Of a stretch of 64,000 nt of DNA, positions 9,166 to 18,951 are shown in pieces. The notes under the pieces are model-generated. The model had not been told where the DNA came from. It worked only from the letters and a program-made list of their open reading frames with translations, and ran no database searches. The position numbers and the translations under genes were made by a program. Each line of letters starts with the position of its first letter. Positions within the stretch are counted from its first letter, which is position 1. The stretch comes from a virus (taxonomy: Duplodnaviria > Heunggongvirae > Uroviricota > Caudoviricetes): IMG/VR virus record IMGVR_UViG_3300009514_000009. The stretch is one strand, 5' to 3'.

Positions 9166-9338
9166 GTCTTGAACCTCTTGGCCCGCTTGGGCTTTTCATT
9201 GATCTCGTCGAGCATCCCCCACAACTCGCAGTAGTGCTCGCAGATGGGGCAGGTGCATTCCGGGTTGGGGAGGCACGGAGGCGCGATGGCCTCGATGTTC
9301 TCCAGCTCCGTGATGATGGATTTGCGGGTCCTCGTCAT
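9162..9338 (-). CDS. Small Cys-rich protein.
   Basis: Translation MTRTRKSIITELENIEAIAPPCLPNPECTCPICEHYCELWG. The ORF-track extension upstream is an R-rich artefact. Confidence 0.4.
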   Translation of the reverse strand: MTRTRKSIITELENIEAIAPPCLPNPECTCPICEHYCELWGMLDEINEKPKRAKRFKT

Positions 9339-9601
9339 GGCAAGGCCCGCTCCCGCGTCACGCGGTAGAACTCGTGGGTGATGCGGGAGAAGCCCACTTC
9401 GGCCAGCCAGAGCCCACCCGAGGTGCGCACCTCGCGGCTGATCTCGTGGATGCCTCCGACCTTGTAGATCGTGCATCCGCCGCCGAACTCCTCGGTGGCG
9501 ACCTTCTCGGCCCACTCGTCGAGCTTCACGATGCGAGGGTCGGGCGGGGGCAGGGGCGGCGGTTCCGTCTGATGTCCGAACAGGTTCAGTAGCCAACGCA
9601 T
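9335..9601 (-). CDS. Hypothetical protein.
   Basis: 88 aa, preceded by a motif copy at about 9605-9650. Confidence 0.45.
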   Translation of the reverse strand: MRWLLNLFGHQTEPPPLPPPDPRIVKLDEWAEKVATEEFGGGCTIYKVGGIHEISREVRTSGGLWLAEVGFSRITHEFYRVTRERALP

Positions 9602-9646
9602 GTCGGGCCTCCTCAGCCACTACTGGGAACCGCCACCACTTGAGCC

Positions 9647-10648
9647 CTACGGGGCTGGGGCCGGAGCCGGGGCTGGGGCCGGAGCCGGGGCCGGTTCGGC
9701 GGGTGCTCCGGTCGGCTGCTGCTTCTCCGCGGCCTCCTGAGCCTCCTGAATGCGCTTGAGCAACGCGGCGTCGAGGAGCCCTTGCGGCTGCAACCACTTG
9801 CTGGTGTCGAGCCCGTTGTTGGCCGCGTCGGTGTAGGGGATGAGGAACATATTGTTCGCCCCGTTCGCGGCGTCCTCCATCACGTCCCACTGCCGCCACA
9901 TGATGAGCTGCGGGCTCACGCTGGACGCGAGGATGCGGTTGGCGTCCGCCTGTGCCTTGGCCCTCAGCAGAGACGACTGAGCCTCGACACGGGCGAGAGC
10001 CAGCTTGCCTTCGGCCTCAGCCTTGAGTCGCAGGGCTTCCGCGTGGGCCTCCTTGATCTGCACCTCGCGCTCGGCGGCCTTGATCTCGGCGTTGGTCACC
10101 ACGTCGGGGAAGTCGAGGTTGCCCACCGTGACCCGCTTGACCCTGAAGATGCCACCGGAGGTCTTGGCCATCACAGCCGCCTTGACCTCCTCGATGATCT
10201 GGATGCGTTTCTCGACCAGCTCCTTCCGTGCGCTGTACTTGCTCACGATGCCGCGGGCCGTCTCGTCGGCCACGGGCAGCACGTAGGTCTCGTAGAGCTG
10301 CTGCGCCGTGAACACCTTGTTCTCGCCTGCGGGGATGAGGTTCTCGAAGACGTTGGCGACCTGATCGCCCTCCATGTCCACCGCGGCGAGGATGCCGAGG
10401 GTGAACTTGAAGTTGAGCTTGTCGGCGCACAGCACGTCCATCGGGTGGTCGAACTGCCGGTCGCTCGTCTCCATGAGGTACATCTCGCACCGCCCGAAGC
10501 ACGAGTGGCGACCCGGCTTGAGCAGCTCGCCTTGGAAGCCGCCGGGCTCCCATGTGCGGCCCGTGTGGCCCGCGGGGACGATCTTGTTGCAGCCGGTGGC
10601 CAGCAGGGTGAGGCCCAGCAGGGCCATGAGCAGGATCTTGGGGTTCAT
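9647..10648 (-). CDS. SPFH/band-7 (HflK/C, stomatin, prohibitin-like) lipoprotein.
   Basis: Lipobox LLATGC, an SPFH core, a long coiled-coil and a C-terminal (AP)n tail. Confidence 0.8.
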   Translation of the reverse strand: MNPKILLMALLGLTLLATGCNKIVPAGHTGRTWEPGGFQGELLKPGRHSCFGRCEMYLMETSDRQFDHPMDVLCADKLNFKFTLGILAAVDMEGDQVANVFENLIPAGENKVFTAQQLYETYVLPVADETARGIVSKYSARKELVEKRIQIIEEVKAAVMAKTSGGIFRVKRVTVGNLDFPDVVTNAEIKAAEREVQIKEAHAEALRLKAEAEGKLALARVEAQSSLLRAKAQADANRILASSVSPQLIMWRQWDVMEDAANGANNMFLIPYTDAANNGLDTSKWLQPQGLLDAALLKRIQEAQEAAEKQQPTGAPAEPAPAPAPAPAPAPAP

Positions 10649-11106
10649 CGGTCAGCTCCTTCGGTCTTGGTGTTGGGGGTGTCCGTGCCCAGCTCCTTGC
10701 GGAACTCGTCGAACTTCTCGGCTTCGCTCTTGGTCGCGGCAGCTTCCTCTGCCGCCTTCCGCTCGCGCTCCGCGGCCAACTCTGCCCGCGTCTGCGGCTT
10801 GATGGCCTCCTCGTCGGTCTTCACGGTGGCCGTGAAGTCAGGTCGAGGCTTGGCCGCCTCGACGTTGTGCAGGGCCGCGTTCTTCGCGGTCTGCGTGCCG
10901 CCCAGCGTGATCATGTAGCCGCCGACCAGCATCACTGCCGTCAGCAGGAAGGGCGTCAGGAAGGGCGTCAGGCGGGACTGGTTGCCGCTGTTCGACCACG
11001 CATCCGCAGCTCGGACCCAGAGGGGCAGCAGGGCCACCACCCCGACCAAGAGGGTCAGGGTCAGGCCGATCCAGAGCAGGGCGCTCACATGGGGATCAGA
11101 AATCAT
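10645..11106 (-). CDS. Membrane protein, possibly an NfeD-like partner of the SPFH protein.
   Basis: Start MISDPHVSALLW follows GGAGA. Two TM segments and a charged C-terminus. Lies immediately upstream of the SPFH gene and overlaps it. Confidence 0.45.
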   Translation of the reverse strand: MISDPHVSALLWIGLTLTLLVGVVALLPLWVRAADAWSNSGNQSRLTPFLTPFLLTAVMLVGGYMITLGGTQTAKNAALHNVEAAKPRPDFTATVKTDEEAIKPQTRAELAAERERKAAEEAAATKSEAEKFDEFRKELGTDTPNTKTEGADR

Positions 11107-11398
11107 CGAGGTCTCCTGTGGTGATGAGGTAGGACTCTTCGGCCTCCAAGGTGCGGAGGCGCTCTTTGGCTCCCTTGCGGGCGAACCAGCAGCCACCGGC
11201 CACCAGAGCAACCAGCCCGGCGGGAATCCACGCCCCGGCGATGGCTGCCAGCCCTGAGAGGACGGTGAACACGACCGTGATCCCGCCGAACGTGGTCACG
11301 TTCTGCTCGGCAGCGTCGATGCGGGCAGGGAGGCGGTCGGCCTTCCTGCGAGCAAGCTGTGCAGACGCTTCCTTGCGGGTGGGGATGAGGTCGGTCAT
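11096..11398 (-). CDS. Small membrane protein.
   Basis: 100 aa with TM helices. A motif copy sits directly at its start. Confidence 0.45.
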   Translation of the reverse strand: MTDLIPTRKEASAQLARRKADRLPARIDAAEQNVTTFGGITVVFTVLSGLAAIAGAWIPAGLVALVAGGCWFARKGAKERLRTLEAEESYLITTGDLDDF

Positions 11399-11440
11399 GG
11401 CTCTACTACTCTCCGTGTGGGTTTTTTGAGCCTTGTGCGG

Positions 11441-14035
11441 CTAGAAGCTACCGCTGGAGCCGCCGAAGCCACCCCCGCCGAAGCCGCCCGAGCTGGAACT
11501 GCTCGACGACGAATAGCTCGACCGACGACGGCGGGCCGCAGCCTCCTCGTCACGGCGGCGACGCTCCTCCTCCTCGCGACGGCGACGGATGGCCCGCTGC
11601 TCGTCGTCGTAGTTGGACTCGGCCCTGCGGGTGGCCGTTCGCCACGCCGACTCCTGCCGGTCGAGGTCGGAGATCAGGGAGGCGAAGTCCACCAGCCCGG
11701 AGACGACGGGCGACGTGACCGCCTTGAGTCGCGTCGCATGTGACCCGAAGCCTCGCATCTTGCGCTCGTACCGGGCGCGGAGGTTGCTCATCTCGTCCAG
11801 CTTCCGCTGGAACGTGGCTCGCTCACCGTCGAGGGCCTCGCAGTGCTGCACGGCTTCACCCGCCGCGCTGATGGCCGCTTGGTAGGAGCCGGTGGCCGCA
11901 TCTGCCAGTCGCCGGGCGTCGAGGTGCCGCTGCTCGCTCAGAGCCGTCTGTGCCTGCTGCACGCCGTAGTCGCCCTTGCCGATGTAGCGGATGGCCGTGG
12001 TCAGATCGTCCTGCGCAGGCTTGACCCGGCGATGGACCTTGGCCGCCTCTGCCACCACGCCCGCGGCGAGCTGGTGGTTCGTGTTGGCCGAGTCGCCCTT
12101 GCGCTTGGCGGATGCGATGGCCCCCTTGGTCCCGAGGACCGCGGACTTGATCTCCGCTCCCTGCCGCTTGGTCTTGTCGTAGAGGTCGCAGACCTTGGAG
12201 GCCTGCCGCTCCACCACCGTCACGTCGATGCTGGCAGCCAGCAGTCCGGCCAGCTTGTCTTCTGCCTGCCGGGCCGCGCTGATGGTCACCGCGGGGTCGT
12301 CGTCGGGCGACACCTTCGTGCCGTGCGTGTCGAACGGGGCTTCCAGCCGGTGCGTCTTGACCGACTGCACGGCGGCTACCAACCGCTCCATCTCGCTGAT
12401 GTACTCCTGCTCGACCTTGAGGTGCTCCGCGACCGTCTCGACGTAGGCCAGCGGGTCAGTCTCACGCAGGGCGTCCAGCGTGGCGTAGAAGGCCTCGTCC
12501 GACTCGTCGTCGCCGAACAGCGGGTGGTCGGCGAACCAACGCTCGGGGATGCCGTTCTTCTCGGCCTGCTCAAAGAGCCAGTCGATGTTGGCGTGGGGCA
12601 GGTCTTCGCAGGCGTCGCCCAACCGCTCCTCGGCGGCCTTCTGGAGCCGCTTCCAGCCGTCGATGCTGTCGCGGAACATCTGACCCGTCTCCTCGGCGAA
12701 CTTCGACGGCACGACCTTGAGCGTCTCCGTCTCCCCGCCGAACAGGTCCGCCTCGTTGATGGTGCCCGTGTCGAAGTCGAAGGCCATGCCGAGGTCCATC
12801 TCGGCCTTGATGTAGGGGTCGAAGCGGAAGTAGTGGCCCTTGCGGAAGGTCACCATGCAGGCCTCGGCGTGCTTCTGCATCGCGCTGATGCGGATGAGGA
12901 TGCCGTCCACCAGCTTGGTCGTCCGTTCCCACAGCTCCTTCGTTCTGCCGGTCACGTCGTCCAGCCCGACCACCCCGTCGCGCTCCAAGTAGTGGTTGAC
13001 CCACCTGCCATGCGCGTTGGTCACCTTCTGGTTCCAGTCGTCGTAGCTGCGCTGGAACGCCGCGATCCACGCCTTCTGCTGCGAGCGACGCCGGACGATC
13101 AGGAAGATGAGCAGCCCGAGGATGGACAGAATGAGTGCCCACTTGAGCACGAGCGCGATCATGGCCGCCCGAGCCGCGGACTTGGACTCGCTCACATAGC
13201 CATCCAGCACGGCGACCGTCGCCTTCATTGACTCGGCCTCGGTCAGCATCTTCTCCGGGTCGTTCTCCGCCCGGACGGCACGGGCCTTGGTCAGCGTCGT
13301 CTTGTAGCTGCTCACGTCCGCAGGCAGGTGTTCCTTCTCGTCCAACAGACTGGCGAGGTGCAGGATCTCGGTGTCCAAGGCCCCCTGTGCCGTCTGCAAA
13401 CGTCGGCGGATGGCAGCCTGCCGGGCCGCCTCCGCACGCTGGGCGATGCGGGTGGGGTCGGTCTGGTCGAAGACGTAGTTGTCCAGCGCGATGGCGAGGT
13501 TCGCGATGCCCCTGCCGTAGTCGGCAGGCCTCGTCTTCGCCGACCGGACGAAGTGCGCCGTGTAGGGGTCTTGCGCCCGACCGGCTATCCCGAGGTCGTT
13601 CTTCGCGACCAGCGATGGGTGCCACGCGAACTTGCGCGGGTTGAACGCGATGACGAACACGCTGGAGTTGCGGGCGTCGTAGGCAGACTCTGCACCGCCC
13701 CCGGCCCAATCCTCCATGAGCATCGAGGTCGTCACTTCGACCCGCTGTGTCTCGCTGTCGCCCCGGAAGCCGTTGCTGCGGGCGTAGGCTCGCTGGCTCG
13801 GTCCGAGCTGGGGCAGATCCTTGAGCACGACCACGTAGAAGGGGTTGTGCAGCTTGCTCAGTTCCCCATTGAGGTGCTCCATCTGCCCCGCGGACATGCC
13901 TTCGGGGTGGTAGCCGGGCGGGATGGTGTAGACGAACTGCCCGGCCTTGAGGGCAGGCGGGTCGATGGTGCCGCTGTACGCTGAAGCGGTCGCGGGGATG
14001 AGCAACAGAACGAGAAGTGCCAGCTTGCGAATCAT
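11441..14035 (-). CDS. Large secreted/membrane TPM-domain-like protein with coiled-coil segments and a Gly/Ser-rich C-terminus.
   Basis: Signal peptide MIRKLALLVLLLIPATASA. A TPM-like region (FYVVVLKDLP...VFVIAFNPRKFAWHP), a mid TM helix, and a GGFGGGGFGG tail. Confidence 0.55.
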   Translation of the reverse strand: MIRKLALLVLLLIPATASAYSGTIDPPALKAGQFVYTIPPGYHPEGMSAGQMEHLNGELSKLHNPFYVVVLKDLPQLGPSQRAYARSNGFRGDSETQRVEVTTSMLMEDWAGGGAESAYDARNSSVFVIAFNPRKFAWHPSLVAKNDLGIAGRAQDPYTAHFVRSAKTRPADYGRGIANLAIALDNYVFDQTDPTRIAQRAEAARQAAIRRRLQTAQGALDTEILHLASLLDEKEHLPADVSSYKTTLTKARAVRAENDPEKMLTEAESMKATVAVLDGYVSESKSAARAAMIALVLKWALILSILGLLIFLIVRRRSQQKAWIAAFQRSYDDWNQKVTNAHGRWVNHYLERDGVVGLDDVTGRTKELWERTTKLVDGILIRISAMQKHAEACMVTFRKGHYFRFDPYIKAEMDLGMAFDFDTGTINEADLFGGETETLKVVPSKFAEETGQMFRDSIDGWKRLQKAAEERLGDACEDLPHANIDWLFEQAEKNGIPERWFADHPLFGDDESDEAFYATLDALRETDPLAYVETVAEHLKVEQEYISEMERLVAAVQSVKTHRLEAPFDTHGTKVSPDDDPAVTISAARQAEDKLAGLLAASIDVTVVERQASKVCDLYDKTKRQGAEIKSAVLGTKGAIASAKRKGDSANTNHQLAAGVVAEAAKVHRRVKPAQDDLTTAIRYIGKGDYGVQQAQTALSEQRHLDARRLADAATGSYQAAISAAGEAVQHCEALDGERATFQRKLDEMSNLRARYERKMRGFGSHATRLKAVTSPVVSGLVDFASLISDLDRQESAWRTATRRAESNYDDEQRAIRRRREEEERRRRDEEAAARRRRSSYSSSSSSSSGGFGGGGFGGSSGSF

Positions 14036-14054
14036 CGGGGATCTCCTTGGGTGC

Positions 14055-14774
14055 CTACTTGCGGCTGTTGCCCATGATGCGAAGGATGAACAGGAGGAGG
14101 TTGAGGTAGTCGAGGTAGAGCCCAACCGCGTGTCCGGTAGCGGCTCCCCACCCCCGGACCCCGTGCTTGCCGTCGTGGTACAGCCGGGCGAAGTCCGCGA
14201 GGAAGTACAGGACGAACACCACCGCCCCGAGGATGGAGTAGCCCATGTCGATCTCGGTGCTCGGGATGCCCGTGAAGGCAGTCCACACGCCGTAGATGAT
14301 GAGGCCGAACAGGGCCAGCAGCAGTGGCCCTTCCATCTTGCGGTAGGGGATCGTGAAGATGCTCGCCACCGCCCCGCACACGGCCATGATGCCGGTCGTC
14401 AGGCCGATGGCGAAGGTCACCGACCCTGCCCCCAGCGTCTCCGAGTACATCGCGAAACACGGTCCGAGCAGCACGCCCCAGAGGGCTGCAAAGAGGCTCG
14501 CCGGGATCATCGCCGCCCCGTCCTTCTCCATCGCCTTGATGACGAAGATGAGCACGAGCAGGACGACGAAGATGATCCAGAACAGCGGGGTCGGGATCGT
14601 CGCCTCCCATGAGAGCAGGGAGGTCACGGCGGAGATGCCGAGCATCGCCACGAGGCACATCATCGTGCGGGCGAATAACAGGGTGCTCGTGTCCTCGCGC
14701 ATCCGGCGGACGCTGCGATCCACGAAGTCCTCGTTGCGGTCGTAGCTCTCTGCGAGTCGTTGCCAGTCCTGCAT
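14055..14774 (-). CDS. Bax-inhibitor-1/YccA family membrane protein (FtsH modulator family).
   Basis: About 7 TM helices with a BI-1/YccA-like hydrophobic pattern. Start MQDWQRL. Confidence 0.75.
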   Translation of the reverse strand: MQDWQRLAESYDRNEDFVDRSVRRMREDTSTLLFARTMMCLVAMLGISAVTSLLSWEATIPTPLFWIIFVVLLVLIFVIKAMEKDGAAMIPASLFAALWGVLLGPCFAMYSETLGAGSVTFAIGLTTGIMAVCGAVASIFTIPYRKMEGPLLLALFGLIIYGVWTAFTGIPSTEIDMGYSILGAVVFVLYFLADFARLYHDGKHGVRGWGAATGHAVGLYLDYLNLLLFILRIMGNSRK

Positions 14775-14776
14775 CT

Positions 14777-14917
14777 CAGCCCTCCGTGCCGTTGCGGATG
14801 CGGCCCTTGGCGGCACGGCGAACGGCCTTGGCGACGGCACGCTTGCCGAGGCGGTTGTTCACGAAGCCGCGCTTGAAGCTGCGGCCATTGAAGTTGCGGT
14901 CGTTGGGGTCACGCATC
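14777..14917 (-). CDS. Small basic protein (46 aa). Not in the ORF track.
   Basis: A motif copy and GGAGACGACCG precede the ATG. Translation MRDPNDRNFNGRSFKRGFVNNRLGKRAVAKAVRRAAKGRIRNGTEG. Confidence 0.35.
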
Positions 14918-14930
14918 GGTCGTCTCCGTT

Positions 14931-15362
14931 TCAGTCCTGCGTACTACTCGTCTCAGCCAACTTTTGAGCCCACGCCGGGTGAATCGGGGCCAGCACGCCC
15001 TCGATGTCTGAGGGCAGCAAGGCCAGCTCCTCATCGTCATCGTCGAAGTGCTTGGCAACACCGAGCTTGACCAACGTCGGTGCCTTGTCCTTGCCATCGG
15101 TGAAGTGGATGGTAGTCACGGGCAGCCCGTGCTCGGCCACGAAGTCGGCGACCGTCCACCGTCGTGGCTCGTCCGGGTGGATGTTCAAGCGGCCTTCCCC
15201 ACGGGAGTGGCGGCTGGTCACGATGATGACCTCATCACCTGCGGCTGCGTGCGCCCGGAGGGCGGCGACCATCGGCTCGTTCGGGCCTGTCTCGACCGAA
15301 CCCCAATCTTCGTCGGGACGGGTCAGCACCAAGGTGTCGTCGAAGTCGAAGCTGACCAACAT
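14931..15362 (-). CDS. HAD-superfamily phosphatase.
   Basis: FDFDDTL is the DxDxT motif I. A VIIVTSRH-type motif II is also present. Confidence 0.6.
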   Translation of the reverse strand: MLVSFDFDDTLVLTRPDEDWGSVETGPNEPMVAALRAHAAAGDEVIIVTSRHSRGEGRLNIHPDEPRRWTVADFVAEHGLPVTTIHFTDGKDKAPTLVKLGVAKHFDDDDEELALLPSDIEGVLAPIHPAWAQKLAETSSTQD

Positions 15363-15373
15363 CGGGTCCCCCC

Positions 15374-15874
15374 CTACGCGGCCTTGCGGGCCGCACGGGC
15401 CGCGCTCTTGCGCGACGCACGGGCTTCCAGCGCGTCCCACACCACGTCCTCACGGGCCTCCTCGGCCTCGGCCCGGCGGGCGTCCCACTCGGCCTCCTCG
15501 GCGGCCATCTGCACACGCTCCCACGCGGCCTCGGCCTCACGGGCCTCCAGCTCCTCGGGGGTGGGGGTGGGGAGCCAACGCTCCACCAGCGCCTCGCACT
15601 CGGCGAAGCTCAGGCCCTCAAAGGACACCCAGCGGGGGCGGATGCCGTTCTGCTCTTTGAAGCAGTCCGAGAAGCCGCCGATCAGCAGCTCTCGGGCCAG
15701 CTCCAGCCCGGTGGTGATGCCACGGGCGGCCCAGAACTCCGCGTCCTCGACCAGCCCACCCGCCCACGCACCGGGGTTCGCGGCAACCCACGCCTGCGTC
15801 TCGGCGTTCAGCTCCATGGCCCGCTCGGTGGCGGTGATGCTGGCGAGGCGGGCGATTTCGGTGTTGCTGGTCAT
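15374..15874 (-). CDS. Hypothetical protein.
   Basis: 166 aa. A motif copy lies at 15875-15945. Confidence 0.5.
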   Translation of the reverse strand: MTSNTEIARLASITATERAMELNAETQAWVAANPGAWAGGLVEDAEFWAARGITTGLELARELLIGGFSDCFKEQNGIRPRWVSFEGLSFAECEALVERWLPTPTPEELEAREAEAAWERVQMAAEEAEWDARRAEAEEAREDVVWDALEARASRKSAARAARKAA

Positions 15875-16032
15875 GGTGTCTCTTCCGGTGTCCGTCGTTT
15901 CCGTTCACCCCTACTACTGACCACCTTCGGATTCTGAGCCCCGCAAACGATAAAAAGAGAAAGCCCAGTGTTTCCGGGCGGTTGCGGCGGGCCGGGCAGA
16001 TTCTTACGGGTGCGTGCGAAAAAGAACGGGCA

Positions 16033-16086
16033 GGGGCTCAAAACCCGAAAGTCGCCAGTAGTAGGGGCGAACGACGGAGACAGACC
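16033..16086 (+). promoter_or_regulatory. Conserved promoter/leader motif copy.
   Basis: GGGGCTCAAAACCCGAAAGTCGCCAGTAGTAGGGGCGAACGACGGAGACAGACC followed by ATG. Confidence 0.6.
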
Positions 16087-16380
16087 ATGAGCGACACCTA
16101 CACCGACAGCCTTCGCACCGAGTACGGCGAGTGCCGTGACGCCTTCCGGGCGATGAGCCCCAAGGGCAACTTCAAGCAGGAGTGCCTGCGGGTGCTGGGC
16201 CGGACCGACGATGACTGCACCACCCCCGAGCAGTGGGTGTGGGCGGCTGGGATCGTCGTCGAGGGTTTGGCCGAGTGCCTCGGCGAGGAAGCCGCCGCGC
16301 ACGGCTACGACGATGACGACGAGCCCGAAGGCCCCGGCATCACCGAGCCTTGGGAAGTCGCCTACGGCCCTCGCTGGTAG
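16087..16380 (+). CDS. Hypothetical protein.
   Basis: MSDTYTDSL...; a motif and SD lie upstream. Confidence 0.5.
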   Translation: MSDTYTDSLRTEYGECRDAFRAMSPKGNFKQECLRVLGRTDDDCTTPEQWVWAAGIVVEGLAECLGEEAAAHGYDDDDEPEGPGITEPWEVAYGPRW

Positions 16381-16454
16381 GGGCTCAAAACTCGGGCCAC
16401 GTCAGTAGTAGAGATGAACGCGGGAGCAACAGCCCGCCCCAAAGGAGACGAACG
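16381..16454 (+). promoter_or_regulatory. Conserved promoter/leader motif copy.
   Basis: GGGCTCAAAACTCGGGCCACGTCAGTAGTAGAGATGAACGCGGGAG...GGAGACGAACG followed by ATG. Confidence 0.6.
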
Positions 16455-16877
16455 ATGGGTTACATGAGCTACGAGGAAGCCTGCGACCGTGGATACGACG
16501 GACCCTCCCCCGCGCAAGAGCGGCGGATGCGGAGCCGGTACTCCTGTGGCGGGTACGCCTCCTACACCGGGCACTGCGGTGCTTACGACTGCTCGACCTG
16601 CTACCCCGGCGGCGGCTACGACGAGGAGGAGCCGGAGGAGCAGGAGGCCCTGACCTCCAAGACCGTGACCGCTCGCAAGGGTCGCTACGAGGGCACCGCC
16701 CGCGAGATCCGCCCCGGCGACCGTGTGCGCGTCACCAGCGGCTTCACCTACGTCGAGGGCGGCCCCCGCACGGGTTACCTGTCCAAGGGGTACAGCCGCG
16801 TCTCCTGCGGCCCCAACTGGACCGACGAGGAGAAGGCGGCGGCCAAGGCCAAGTTCCCCTACTCCTACGGCTGGTAG
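16455..16877 (+). CDS. Hypothetical protein.
   Basis: MGYMSYEEACDRGYDGP... Confidence 0.5.
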   Translation: MGYMSYEEACDRGYDGPSPAQERRMRSRYSCGGYASYTGHCGAYDCSTCYPGGGYDEEEPEEQEALTSKTVTARKGRYEGTAREIRPGDRVRVTSGFTYVEGGPRTGYLSKGYSRVSCGPNWTDEEKAAAKAKFPYSYGW

Positions 16878-16887
16878 GGGGGACATC

Positions 16888-17595
16888 ATGGGCTACTCCC
16901 TCGCAGTCCCTTGCAAGAGCACGCTGGCTCGCGACCGCATGGCCGAGTTCCTGTGCTCCACCCTACGACCCTTCTCCGTCGCCTGCGACGAGGCTGAGGC
17001 CATCCGAGCCGAGTTCAATGAGTACCGCGAAGCCACGCGGGTAGGCTCGGGTGCCCGTGCCCTCGTGCTGGAGCTGCCCACGCGGTACACCGCCTACGAC
17101 CCCACCACCGAGGTCCGGGTTGGACACCAGCTCGGCTACGGGGCCGGGCCGAGCAAGATCGGCTTCAACTTCAGCACACAGGGACAGTTCGGCATCTACA
17201 TGCACGCGGTCCTGTCGTGGGCCGCGCTGCGGGTTGGGCGACGCCGGGGGCTGAACGCCCTGTCCATCGTCAACCACGCCGACCAGAAGGTCGCCTACAT
17301 CACCTACGACTCTACCCCCATCCCCGTGTTGCGAGCCCGCGACATGGAAGGGTGGACCCCGGAAGCTGCCGACTACGGCAAGCACAACTGGCAGGTGGAC
17401 CGCTTCGGGCTCCGCCACTTCGGGGACACCACCCACTATGCCGGGATGCTGGTCTGCGGTGGGGGCGACGTTGCACAGGCACCCTTGGTCAAGGCCATGT
17501 GGACGCGGGACAAAGCCCTGCGTGCCGTGACCGAGAAGGAGATGCGTCGTCTGGAGGTACTGTGGGACGACTTCATGGACCGGGAGACACGGTGA
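16888..17595 (+). CDS. Hypothetical protein.
   Basis: Start MGYSLAVPCK follows GGGGGGACATC. The ORF-track N-terminal part is R/P-rich. Confidence 0.55.
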   Translation: MGYSLAVPCKSTLARDRMAEFLCSTLRPFSVACDEAEAIRAEFNEYREATRVGSGARALVLELPTRYTAYDPTTEVRVGHQLGYGAGPSKIGFNFSTQGQFGIYMHAVLSWAALRVGRRRGLNALSIVNHADQKVAYITYDSTPIPVLRARDMEGWTPEAADYGKHNWQVDRFGLRHFGDTTHYAGMLVCGGGDVAQAPLVKAMWTRDKALRAVTEKEMRRLEVLWDDFMDRETR

Positions 17596-17807
17596 CACCG
17601 GACTACCTTGCACGCGGGCTGATGCTCTGGATGACCTACCTCGTGGTCGTCCTCATGCGCCCTGTGCGGCGTCCGATGGCCCGAGGCCACCTCGACACTT
17701 CGTGGAGCTTCGCCGCGCTCACAGCGTGCCTCGTGGCCCTCCTCGTGGCTCTCTGGCCCGTCTCCCTCCCTCTCATCCTTCTCAGCGACTACCGGAGGAA
17801 CGAATGA
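17592..17807 (+). CDS. Small membrane protein.
   Basis: Either a GTG start that overlaps the upstream stop, or an ATG at 17624. Two TM helices. Confidence 0.4.
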   Translation: MTPDYLARGLMLWMTYLVVVLMRPVRRPMARGHLDTSWSFAALTACLVALLVALWPVSLPLILLSDYRRNE

Positions 17808-18214
17808 AGCTGACCGCGACCGAGAAGACCAACCTCCTCGACATCCTCGCCCTCATCGCCGAGCGCGACATGCCCAGCAACAACACCGAAGCCGTGCTTG
17901 TTCGCCGCTCCGGTCTGCCCGCCGACACGGTTTCTTGGGCGGTGTCCGTGCTGCACAACGATGGCGAAGGTTGGCTCGACTTCGATGAGCACCCTCGCAC
18001 CCGCGAGCGTGGCTACATCATCGGCAGTCGGTTCGACAACGGCGAGGATCTCGACGTGCTCTACGCCGCATGGCACGCCAAAGACCTGCGGGTCGGCGAC
18101 CTGTCCTTCGACGAGGACGACGAAGACCCCGACGACGAGTGGGTGAACATCGACGACGATAACGAGTTCGACGAGATGGACGAAGACCTCACCGAGAGCG
18201 AGGACTTCGACTGA
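17804..18214 (+). CDS. Hypothetical protein with a very acidic C-terminal tail.
   Basis: MKLTATEKTNLLDIL...DEDDEDPDDEWVNIDDDNEFDEMDEDLTESEDFD. Confidence 0.5.
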   Translation: MKLTATEKTNLLDILALIAERDMPSNNTEAVLVRRSGLPADTVSWAVSVLHNDGEGWLDFDEHPRTRERGYIIGSRFDNGEDLDVLYAAWHAKDLRVGDLSFDEDDEDPDDEWVNIDDDNEFDEMDEDLTESEDFD

Positions 18215-18273
18215 GGGGGCTCGGGTCCGTCCGATGGCGAGTAGTACGTACCGGCTGACGTACAGGAGGGCCG

Positions 18274-18951
18274 ATGGCCACCAGACAAGAACGAAGGGCC
18301 AAGCAACGGGCCGACCGCAAGGCCGCCAAGCGGGCGGCCAAGACCGACCCGAACTCCTTTGCCCCACCGCCCATCTCCCATGCGCGGCTGCAAGCTCTCC
18401 TGTCCGCGGGTGTTGCCACGGTCGAGACGGAAGGCCAGCTCGTGCTGAACGCTGCGGACGGGTGGGCCATCGACCCGTGGCTCTGGACCGTGGGTGATGT
18501 CACTGAGCAGAAGGCTCTGCTGCGCGACAACGCCCCGCTCGTCATCTACGTCTGCCGCGACTATCAGGTCGCCGTGTTCCCCGTGCCGGACCCCGGCGGC
18601 GGGTGGCCCGGCATGTGGCACCTGTCCATCAAGCGACGAGACCGCGAGCCCATCGACGAGAACCGCTGGCGCATCCTCCAGCACATCAAGAACACCCTGC
18701 TCGGCGAGGAACACGAGGCGGTCGAGGTGTACCCCGCCGAGTCGAGGCTCGTGGACACTGCCAACCAAGCGCACTTGTGGTGCTTCAAGGAGTCGGGGCA
18801 ACAGTGGCCTTTTGGGTTCACCGAGCGGTTCGTCACCAGCACCGAGTCCCACGGCAGCAAGCAGCGACCCCTGCCGCTGGGCACCACCGTCACCCCCGAT
18901 GCTGTCTTCGTGCAGGGCATGGACAAGCTGCTCGGTAAGGAGTCCGACTGA
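18274..18951 (+). CDS. Hypothetical protein.
   Basis: 225 aa. A degenerate motif (GGGGGCTC...GAGTAGTAC...CAGGAGGG) lies upstream. Confidence 0.5.
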   Translation: MATRQERRAKQRADRKAAKRAAKTDPNSFAPPPISHARLQALLSAGVATVETEGQLVLNAADGWAIDPWLWTVGDVTEQKALLRDNAPLVIYVCRDYQVAVFPVPDPGGGWPGMWHLSIKRRDREPIDENRWRILQHIKNTLLGEEHEAVEVYPAESRLVDTANQAHLWCFKESGQQWPFGFTERFVTSTESHGSKQRPLPLGTTVTPDAVFVQGMDKLLGKESD

